From the NCBI RefSeq assembly GCF_036365525.1, contig NC_090388.1, forward strand, positions 32,863,231-32,927,230: a DNA stretch of 64,000 nt. Direction: 5' to 3'. How positions within the stretch are numbered: the first letter of the stretch is position 1; each line of letters opens with the position of its first letter. Made by a program: the position numbers and the translations under genes. The notes beneath the pieces are model-generated. The model worked only from the letters and a program-made list of their open reading frames with translations, searched no databases and was not told where the DNA came from. The DNA is from Heterodontus francisci (Eukaryota). This document shows positions 38,130 to 48,900 of this stretch, piece after piece.

Positions 38130-39056
38130 CAATTTTTATAAAACAATATATCCTTTTATTCAACATGGGAAATGGCAGGGAGATCTATAAGTTTATTGAA
38201 ACATGTCCTAAGTTATTTTTACAGTTCTGGGAAAGAGTTATGTAAATAGATTTATGATTTTAAAAAAAAAAGACAACTCACAATATGACTGAACAATGCC
38301 TTTTGAAAAAAAAAGATATTTTTCTTTATTCCTATTTTCCAATTTAAGTGGTACTTAACGCATCCATGTATGACAAAACATTTGTCTCCCATAGTGTCAC
38401 ATACTTAAACACTATCAACTTTTATAGAAAAATTAAAAATATATAAAGTGTTAAAAGTACAAAAATATCAATTTTGTAAACATAAAACATCTGTACATAA
38501 AAAAATTTAAGACATTTGAGAATACAGGCAAGTATTCTGAACTATTTTTTGCAGGCCAAAAATAAAGGCAGCATAAATACAGGCAATGTGAGGTATATAT
38601 AATTTGATATCACCAGCAATATCTCGGGAATGTGATTCCTGTGAACAATACATACCAATATAAAAGTTATTCAGAAATATAGCATAATATTGAAATGGCA
38701 AAATAGTGCAGAAAGTGAATGAATATTGCACAGAAAGGATTAAGTAGCTTACTTAAGGACCTCAAATCTCTTGTGTGCTTAATCTTCTGTAAAATACTTT
38801 GTTTCAGCTACAGCTGTTTATGCAATTCATCTGGCCAGACAGCGAGTCACATCAATTTTCTGGCTTTCCATCTGCCATTCTGAAGCCTCAAATTTGCAGG
38901 GGCACATATTGATTTCATAAAGATTTAAAAAGTGTCACATGTCTTTGGTGGTAGCATTCATAGCCAGAGAGAAATGGAATACATGCCGTGTGGTACTTTG
39001 CACTGATCTCCAGGGAAGCAGCAAATCTTTAAAACTGTAAAAAGTATCCATTTTTT
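38130..39056 (-). other. cped1: Probable cped1 3'UTR
   Basis: Repeat-free AT-rich stretch after the stop, with minus-strand AATAAA at 38325-38330, ~38192 and 38155-38160. Confidence 0.6.
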
Positions 39057-39284
39057 TTATAGCTGAGTGGTCATAATATTCAATCTGTTCATACAGACTC
39101 TGCTGAGGAAAATTTCTGAATATGCCTGGTTGATTGGACCATTGACATGATAGTGTGATTTAAAAACAGATAAAAAGTCTTGCAGCACTGACAGCTTGCT
39201 ATGACTTGAGTTGCCCTTTCCAGCAAAGGTTGAGTGCCTTATTTTTCTATGAATTGTTGATTGGGAGAATTCAAACTTATCTAC
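39057..39284 (-). CDS. cped1: CPED1 last coding exon (VDKFEFSQSTIHRKIRHSTFAGKGNSSHSKLSVLQDFLSVFKSHYHVNGPINQAYSEIFLSRVCMNRLNIMTTQL*)
   Basis: Manual translation; acceptor TTTAG|GTA at 39285/39284, TAA at 39059-39057; YHVNGPINQAYSEIFLSRVC matches the recalled CPED1 C-terminus ([20 protein letters not shown]); expected synteny upstream of wnt16. Confidence 0.92.
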   Translation of the reverse strand, partial: VDKFEFSQSTIHRKIRHSTFAGKGNSSHSKLSVLQDFLSVFKSHYHVNGPINQAYSEIFLSRVCMNRLNIMTTQL

Positions 39285-39570
39285 CTAAACATTCAGAAAA
39301 AAGAACAATTAATTTGTATATTCCAAGAGAGCATTTATTTTTGATGAGATTCAAACTGTATCTGGTCAAGACTTTTCCAATTCTATTGTCCAAGTAATAC
39401 TTTTTATTTGAACCAGTCAAATCTGGCATCAGTGACCCTTCTACTCGGATTTAAAATATCTATTCAGATAACGAAATTTTTGTCTCTGACTTTTAACTGT
39501 TGCAATATCCCTCTTCTACTGTTGTTCACTTCCTCTTTGTTAGCTTCTTCATTTAAACATAAACAAGTAT

Positions 39571-42500
39571 GAGGGGAGGTGGTGGCATAGTGGTATTGTC
39601 ACTGGACCAAAGACCCAGGGTATTTCTCTGGGGAGATGGGTTTGGATCCCACCACAGCAGAAGGTGTAATTTGAATTCAATTAATAAATCTGGAATGTGG
39701 TTAGCACCACAGCCTCACAGCTCCAGGGACCCGGGTTCAATTCTGGGTACTGCCTGTGCGGAGTTTGCAAGTTCTCCCTGTGACCGCGTGGGTTTTCACC
39801 GGGTGCTCCGGTTTCCTCCCACCGCCAAAGACTTGCAGATGATAGGTAAATTGGCCATTGTAAATTGCCCCTAGTGGAGGTAGGTGGTAGGGAATATGGA
39901 ATTACAGTAGGGTTAGTATAAATGGGTGGTTCTTGGTCAGCACAGACTTGGTGGGCCGAAGGGCCTGTTTCAGTGCTGTATCTCTAAATAAATAAATAAA
40001 AAGCTAGTCTAATGATGGCCATGAAACCATTGTTGATTGTTGTACAAACCCATTTGGTTCACTCATGTCCTTTAGAGAAGGAAATCTGCTGTCCTTACCT
40101 GGTCTGTCCTACATATGACTCCAGACTCACAGCAATGTGGTTGACTCTTAAATGCCCTAGCAAGCCACTCAGTTGTATCTAACCACTACAAAGTCAATGA
40201 AACTGGACGGAACACCCGACATCAACCTAGGCACTGGAAACGACAATGGCAAACCTAGCCCTGTCAACCCTGCAAAGTCTTCCTTACTAACATTTGGGGC
40301 TTGTGCCAAAGTTGGGAGTGCTGTCCCACAGACTAGTCAAGCAACAGCTGACAGTCATACTCATGGAATCATACCTTACAGACAATGTCCCAGACATCAC
40401 ATCCCTGGGTATGTCCTGTCCCACTGGCAAGACAGACTCAGCAGAAGTGGCAGCACAGTGGTATACAGTAGGGAGGGAGTTGCCCTGGGAGTCCTCAACA
40501 TTGACTCCAGACCCCATGAAGTCTCATGGCATCAGGCCAAACATTGGAAACCTCCTTCTGATTACCACCTACCGCTCTCCCTCAGCTGATGAATCAGTAC
40601 TCCTCCATGTTGATCACCACTTGGAGGAAGCACTGAGGGTGGCAAACGCGCAGAATGTACTCTTGGGTGGGGGACCTCAATGTCCATCACCAAGAGCGGC
40701 TCGGTAGCACCACTTCTGGCTGAGTCCTAAAGGCCAAAGCTGCTAGACTGGGTATGTGGCAGGTGGTGAGGGAAAAACATACTTGACCTCGTCCTCATCA
40801 ATCTGCCTGTCCATGGCAGTATTGGTAGGAGTGACCACCGCACAGTTCTTGTGGAGACAAAGTCCCGTCTTCACATTGAGGATACCCTCCATTGTGATCT
40901 GTGGCACCACTGTGCTAAATGGGATAGATTTCGAACAGAGCTAACAATGCAAAACTGGCATCCATGAGGCGCTGTGGGCGATCAGCAGCCGAATTGTACT
41001 CAACCACAATCTGTAACCTCATGGCCGGGCATATTCCCCACTCTCCTGTTACCATCAAGCCAGGAGACCAACCCCTGGTTCAATGAAGAGTGCAGGAGGG
41101 CATGCCAGGAGCAGCATCAGGCATACCTCAAAATGAGGCGTCAACCTGAAGAAGCTACAATACAGCACTACTTGCATGCAAAACTGCGTAAGCAGCATGC
41201 GATAGACAGAGCTAAGTGATCCCATAACCAATGGATCAGATCTAAGCTCTGCAGCCCTGCGACATCCAGCCGTGAATGGTAGTGGTCAATTAAACAACTA
41301 ACTGGAGGAGGTTGCTCCACAAATATCCCCATACTCAATAATGGGGGAGCCCAGCACATCAGTGTAAAAGATAAGGCTGAAGCATTTGCAACAATCTTCA
41401 GCCAGAAGGGCCGAATGGATGATTCATATCGGCCTCTTCCTCGAGGTCATAGATGCCAGACTTCAGCCAATTCGATTCACTTTGCGTTATATCAAGAAAC
41501 GACTGAAGGCACTGGATACTGCAAAGGCTATGGGCCCTGACAATATTCCCGCAATAGTACTGAAGACCTGTTCTCCAGAACTTGCCGCACCCCTAGCCAA
41601 GCTGTTCCAGTACAGCTACAGCACGGGCATCTACCCGGAAATGTGGAAAATTGCCCAGGTATGTCCTGTACACAAAAAGCAGGATAAGTCCAACCCGGCC
41701 AATTACCGTCCCATCAGTCTACTCCCAATCATCAGTAAAGTGATGGAAGGTGTCATCGACAGTGCTATCAAGTGGCACTTGCTCAGCAATAACCTGCTCC
41801 GTGACACTCAGTTTGGGTTCTGCCAAGGCCACTCAGCTCCTGACCTCATTACAGCCTTGATTCAAACATGGACAAAAGAGCTGAACTCCAGAAGTGATGT
41901 GACAGTGAATGCCCTTGACATCAAGGCAGCATTTGACAGAGTATGACATCAAGGAGCCCTAGCAAAACTGAAGTTAATGGGAATCAGCAGGAAAACTCTC
42001 TGCTGATTGGAGTCGAACCTAGCGCAAAGGAAGATGGTTGTGGTTGTTGGAGGTCAATCATCTCACTCCAGGACATCACTGCAGGAGTTCCTCAGGGTAG
42101 TGTCCTAGGCCCAACCATCTTCAGCTGCTTCATCAATGACCTTCCTTCAATCATACGGTCAGAAGTGGGGATGTTTGCTGATGATTGGACAATGTTCAGC
42201 ACCATTCGCGACTCCTCAGATACTGAGGCAGTCTGTGTAGAAATGCAGCAAGACCTGGACAATATCCAGGCTTGGGCTGATAAGTGGCAAGTAACATTCG
42301 TGCCACACAAGTGCCAGGCAGTGACCATCTCCAACAAGAGAGAATCTAACTATCTCCCCTTGATATTCAATGGCATTACCATCGCTGAATCCCCCACTAT
42401 CAACATCCTAGGGGTTACCATTGACCAGAAACTGAACTGCAATAGCCATATAAATACCATGGCTATAAGAGCAGGTCAGAGGCTAGGAATCCTGCAGCGA

Positions 42501-43053
42501 GTAACTCCCCTCCTGACTCCCCAAAGCCTGTGCACCATCTACAAGGCACAAGTCAGGAGTGTGATAGAATACTCTCCACTTGTCTGGATGGGTGCAGCTC
42601 CAACAACACTCAACACCATCCAGGATAAATCAGCCTGCTTGATTGGCACCCTATCCACAAACATTCACTCCCTCCACCACCGATGCATAGTGGCAACAGT
42701 GTGTACCATCTACAAGATGCAACGCACCAAGGCTCCTTAGACAGCACCTTCCAAATCCACGACCTCTACCAACTAGAAGGACAAGGGCAGCAAATGCATG
42801 CGAACAACACCAACTGCAAGTTCCCCTCCAAGTCACACACCATCCTGACTTGGAACTATATTGCTGTTCCTTCACTATCGCTGGGCCAAAATCCTGGAAC
42901 TCCCTTCAGCACTGTTGGGTGTACCTACCTCACATGAACTGAAGCAGTTCAAGAAGGCAGCCCACCATCACCTTCTCAAGGGCAATTAGGGATGGGCACT
43001 AAATGCTGGCCTAGCCAGCAATGCCCACATCCCATGAATGAATAAAAAAATAA
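39571..43053 (+). mobile_element. SINE-headed LINE (APE endonuclease + RT, no ORF1; Jockey/CR1-group but distinct from the amniote-type CR1s here) in the last cped1 intron
   Basis: A box TGGCATAGTGG, degenerate B box GGTTTGGATCC; ORF2 pieces NIWGLVPKL...VILMESYL, NYRPISLL, ALDIKAAFDRV, GVPQGSVLGP, FADD; tail CCCATGAATGAATAAAAAAA; AAGTAT on both flanks. Confidence 0.85.
39697..39997 (+). mobile_element. HE1-like V-SINE nested in the SINE head
   Basis: Slightly 5'-truncated copy of the 32589 element with a (TAAA)n tail. Confidence 0.9.
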
Positions 43054-44394
43054 AAGTATCTATTCGCTATCCCTGCTCAGCAGTATTTCCTTTGAGTTTA
43101 TATTGTTCATCCCTCTGTGGACCTATCTCGATCTTAATTCTCCTTTTGTTACTTTACTGGTTTAGATTTTTTTAACGGCTTTTTATATTCTTTTGAGATT
43201 TTAATTTCATATTTCTTCTTTACCTTACTAATTGTCTTTTTAACCTCATTATTATATTCCCTTTTGTCAGCTCTTAATTGCCACCGACAGAGCAGTTTTG
43301 ACAACGGAGCATAACTACACATTTTCAAGATGAAGTTGTCCACTGGCATCTGTGCAGAGGGGCAGCTGTTAAATGTACAGTTCTGCAGAGAGGCCCTCAT
43401 AGGACCAGTGCAGTTTGTAGATGCATTGGTGGGTTGCTGGCCTCTGTTATGCTTTTCCTGGCCTGAACAAGCTGCTGCTGCAACTTCTCCTCTACTATGA
43501 TGGCACAGGGTTGTGTGTTTTGGGGGAAAGCCATCCCATGTCCAAAGTCAATCTGAGAGTGGGCAGCAGAAAGCACTACAGCAAACTTGGAGTGCAGGTG
43601 TCCGTGATTAAAAAATGTTAAGGACAAGGTTCCCCGGAAGCCTGTAATCAGCCCACTAACTCCTCAACTAAATCAATCGAAAGTGCTTGGGGGAAGCTTT
43701 TTTTGGGCAAAAAGTTACACCGATAGCAAGAGCAGCATAAACCCAAGAAACATTTGTGTACTTAAACAGTGCAGCTGATCTCTGAGGCTTTGACGGGTCT
43801 AAAATTTGCACTATTAAAAATCTCAAGGAAATTTGCATTTAGCGCACTAAAGGCATAAATGTACCTAAATGCACTAAAACACAAATTTCCTCGATCTTTT
43901 CAGCAAAATAACAGAGTAACAATGTTGTAAGTACTGAAGACAATAGGAAGTTCAGGGCCAATTTTTTTTAACTTTACCCTGAGATGCAGCAATGCATTTT
44001 ATCCAATGGCTCAGTGAAAAACTGACAAAAATCACTCCAACTGTGGGAGAAATGGATTTGAATAGACTTAACACAGCACATTTATAATTGTTAAACAGAA
44101 TTAAAACTACCTGTTTACATGTCACTGATATTTATTCATATACATATTTGCTAATCTTTGAATATAACTGGAATAGTATTTTGTTGGTAGTGCTGCAGTG
44201 TTTGCTGAAGTTAAAAGCATCTAAATTAGTTTTACTTAAACATGCTATATTATATATCTTTGCTTAATAAATTAATTAGGGCAAATAAATGAAACAAGCG
44301 ATAAGTTACAGTCCTGTAATTTAACACAATGAATGCACTTAAAATGTCTGTGTAACATTTTGATTCCTAAAAAGCCTCAGGAGAAACATTTTTA

Positions 44395-44562
<168 letters not shown>

Positions 44563-45462
44563 CTATAATAAAAATGTCAAGCATATGAAAATCATATTAG
44601 ATGCCTTACATCTCTAGCGTATTAACTAAAATGCAGCCTAGTAAGTGATACAGTGGTTCAGCCTAGGATTAGCTTAAACCTCTCTTTTGTTAACCTATAT
44701 CGATGTTTTTTTGTATTTGTTCTCAGAATGTGAGTGACATGGGCAAGGCTACATTTATTGCCCATCTCTGGTTGCCCTAAGAAGTTGGTGGACCTTCTTG
44801 GAAAGCTGAAATCTTAGGATAGGCACCTCTGTACAATCTACTGACTCACAGAAAGAAAGTTCTCCTTGAAGATCAGATGCTGGCACCCAAAAGTGAATGC
44901 ATCTCTTAATTTGCAGCATTAAAACAATCTTCCAGTGTCCTATGACAGGACAGCAATAATTCTGAACTCAAGCTATATTATGAAACTCTAGTGTATAGGG
45001 ATATTTACCACCTCTATAACTATGGCGGGGGTGGGAGGAGAGGGTGGAATTAGTCTGCATTATGTCTGTTTTTGGGGAAAAATACGAATTGGGGGAACAA
45101 TTTCTGCGTACAAGAGACCTCCCCCAGAAATCGTAGTATCATAAAAAATTTACAGCACGGAAAGAGGCCATTCGGCCCATCATGTCCCGTGCTGGCTGAC
45201 AAGTAGTCATCCAGCCTACTTCCACCTTCCAGCTCTTGATCCATAGCCTTGTAGGTTACAGCACTTCACGTGCATATCCAAGTACTTTTTAAATATTATG
45301 AGGGTTTCTGTCTCTACCACCCTCTGGATGAAGAAATTTATCCTCGAATCCCCTCTAAACTTCCTACCTCTTACCTTAAATCTTATTCCCCCTGTTTATG
45401 GACCAGTCAACCAAGGGGAATCGGGCCTTCCTATCTACTCTATCTAAGCCCCTCATAATTCA

Positions 45463-45970
45463 ATCAAAGTAATTACTGACAACGCAGTCGGCAGCTTATG
45501 TCATCCGACTGCGCCAATCTGCGCATGCGCTGCGTTCCGCAGTGCCAGGACTGGTTGGTGCATGCGCAGATGACATCATCGCGTAACGCGGGCAAATGGT
45601 GGGGGGATCTGGGCCGGAGAGAGCAGGGGTGGGGGGAGAGGGTGTCTAGGGAGCGGGGAGAGAGCAGGGGTGGGGGGAAAGGGGGTCTGGGGAGCGGGTA
45701 GAGAACGGGTGCGGGGACAGCGCGGCCGAGGACCTTGCTGGTGGCGGGTGCGCTCTCCTCCTTCCATCCGCCGCCCACTCCCGATCCCCGCCGCCCGCCT
45801 GCTCGGTTAAATATGTTTAGGTTGCCATCGTGTGATTATTTGAGCAGTGCCATCTTTAATCCTGGCAGCTGCCTGACGTCGCAGACTGTGACGTTTTAGT
45901 GGCACAGGCTGCATTTGCGCATGTGCCATTGCTGCACCACCTTGTGGTGGCGTTGTCAGCAAATGCAGCC
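45463..45970 (-). mobile_element. Non-autonomous element with subterminal inverted repeats (unclassified; strand given relative to the 53841 copy)
   Basis: CTGACAACGC (45476-45485) / GCGTTGTCAG (45950-45959); hairpin AGGCTGCATTTGC / GCAAATGCAGCCT; TAATTCA on both flanks. Confidence 0.65.
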
Positions 45971-47940
45971 TAATTCACATAGGTCTTCCCTCAGCCTCAC
46001 AAGGAAAACAACCCTAGCCTATCCAATCTTTCTTCATTACTATAATTCGCCAGTCCAGGCAACATCCTCTTCAATCTCCTCTCCATCCTCTCCAGTGTAA
46101 TCACATCTTTCCTATAATGCGGTGACTAGAACTGCAGGAGGTAGTCCAGCAGTGGTCTAACTAGTGTTTTATACAATTCCAGCATAACTTCCCAGCAAGG
46201 CACGTATCCCATATGCCTTCTTGACCACCTTATCTAACCTGTCCAGCCACCTTCAGAGATCTGTGACATGCACTCCAAGGTCCCTCTGTTCCTCTACATT
46301 TCTCAGTGTCCTACCATTTATTGTGTATTCCCTTGTCTTGCTAGTCTTCCCCAAATGCATCACCTCACACTTCTCTGGATTGAGCTTCATTTGCCACTCT
46401 TTCTGCCCACCTGATTGGTCTATTAATAACTCCCTGCAGTCTTTGGCTTTCTTTTTCATTATCAACCACATGGCCAATTTTTGTATTGTCTGTAAACTTC
46501 TTAATCATACCCCCTACATTTAAGTCTAAATCATTGCTATATATACCTCAAAAAGCTGGGGATCTAGTAGTGAGCTCTGTGGAACCCTACTGGAAACAGC
46601 CTTCAAGTTACAAAGACACCCATCAACCATTACACTTTGCTTCCTGCCTCTGAGCCAATTTTGGATCCAACTTGCTACTTTGCTTGGATCCCATGGGCTT
46701 CCACTTTCATAACCAGTCTGCCATGTGGGACCTTATTCAAAAGCCTTGCTAAAACTCATTTAGACTACATCAAATTCAATACCTTTATCAACCCTCCTTG
46801 TTACTGTCTCAAAAAATTCAGTGTTAGTCAGACACAGACTTTCCTTAACAAATTCATGCTGACTGTCTTTGATTAATCTGCGTCTTTCTAAATTAATATT
46901 TATCCTGTCCCTCAGAATTTTCTCACTATTGAGATTAGGCTGACTGGCCTGTAATTACCTGGTCTATCCATTTCTCCCTTTTTAAATAATGGCTGTCCTC
47001 CAGTCCTCTGGCACCACACCTGCAGCCAGGGAGGACTGGAAAATGATGGTCAGAACCTCAGCTATTTCTTCTCTTGCTTCCCTAACAGCCTAGGATACAT
47101 TTTGTCCTGGCCTGGGGACTTATCCACTTTCAAAGATGTTAAACCGCTTAATGCTTCCTCTCTTACTATGTTAATTTCATCTAGTATTTCACACTCCTCC
47201 TCCCTGATAATATCTGTATCGTCCCTCTCTTTTGTGAAAACAGATGCAAAGTATTCATTAAGCACCATCCCAACATCCTCCACCTCCACATACAAGTTAC
47301 CCTTATGGTCCCTAATAGCCCTACTCTTTCTTTAGTTATCCTCTTGCTCTTTGTGTATTTATAAAAAAAATCGGGGTTTTCCTTGATTTTACTTGCCAAT
47401 ATTTTTTCATGCCCTCTCTTTGCTTTTGTAATTTCCTTTTTAATTTTACCCCTACACTTTTTATATTCCTCGAGGTCATCTGTACTATTGAGCCCTTGGT
47501 GTCTGTCATAAGCTTCCCCTTTTTTCTTTATCCTCTCCTTTAAGCCCCTAAACATCCAGGGGCCTCTGGATTTGTTAGTCCCACCCTTTTCCTTTAAGGG
47601 AACATACTTCCTCTGAACCCTCACTATCTCTTCCTTGAATGCCTCCCACTGATCTGGAACTGATTTCCCTTCAAGTAGCTGTTTCCAGTCCATTTTAGCT
47701 AAATCACATCTCAGCTTAGTAAAATTAACTTTTCCCCAATTGGGAACTTTTATTCTGGTCTATTTTTGTCCTTTTCCGTAACTACCCTAAATCTAATTGA
47801 ATTATGATCACTTCCACCAAAGTGCTCACCAATTGATACACCTTCTACCTGCCCAGCTTCATTCCCTAAAACTAAAGTCCAGAACACTCCCTCTCTTGTT
47901 GGGCTTGCTGCCTACTAGAGAAGAAAGTTCTCCCAAATGT

Positions 47941-48900
47941 GGTTATGGTCAAGTGAGGAGGGGTCGAAGGGTTCCCTCTTTTCCCTCTCCTTGTTTGACC
48001 ACAACAGGTTTGATTCTTTCTTAAAGTGGATGTACTGGCCAATTCAGTAGGTGTTTGATTACTTACTTGCTATGATCATAACAAGGACCAATTGGACAGG
48101 TTCTCTTGAGTATAACGAAGAGGTTAACTTTATTGTACCTAAATCGAACTAATGAAAATAATAAACTAGCGCCACCTTTTATTCACACACACACACACGC
48201 ACACTAGAGATTTAGATGCACACACCAATAGATTACAGAGTTTGGAAAGGTAGATTGGTTGAGTTAGAGTCCATAGGAAAATGGGGTATACAGTTTGTGG
48301 CGTTTGGTGATTCAGCTGGCTTCCAGCTGAATTCAGTGGTCCTGAGGGTTTTAGTTTGAAGAGATAGATGACTGGTTCAGTGGATCTTTTGGAGACTGTG
48401 ATGCAGATGATTTCCTCCAACAGGGTTTCTGATTGTAGCTGGAGTATGCAAAGGTGGTCAGTCAACAGGCAGAGTTCGAAGCTTGTATGCTGAAATGGAG
48501 CGGGTCCCCCACTTTGTTCTGCATGTGTCAGAGTCCAGAAGCTTCTCCTCTGCTGAAGTGAAACACAAGCTTAAAACCACAGATGGGAAGGGGCTTGTCA
48601 CATGACAGTCACCCAGTAATTCAAACATGGTGTTTCTCTTCTTGCTAAAAAGAATAGGTAGTTCCCTTAAAATTCCTGGGTCTTGGTTCTTGCTAGGAAA
48701 TGAGCAGACATTTTGTCTCCCTCCTCACAGGCCTTGCAATGTAGGATACAGTCTTGCAAATTAGGTGGTCATCATAAGCTGCTAGCAAAGTCATCTTTTT
48801 ATTAATCTGTTCTTTTAAAAAAATTTCTTCAAAAAATATAAATTCAGATCGCCAGTGGATTAAAGAAAATTATCATTCAACAAAGCAAGTTGGCATGACA
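47941..48900. mobile_element. Solo LTR inserted in CR1
   Basis: Ends GGTTATGG...GGCATGACA (imperfect inverted termini), 4-bp TSD ATGT (47937-47940 / 48901-48904); CR1 resumes on both sides. Confidence 0.8.
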
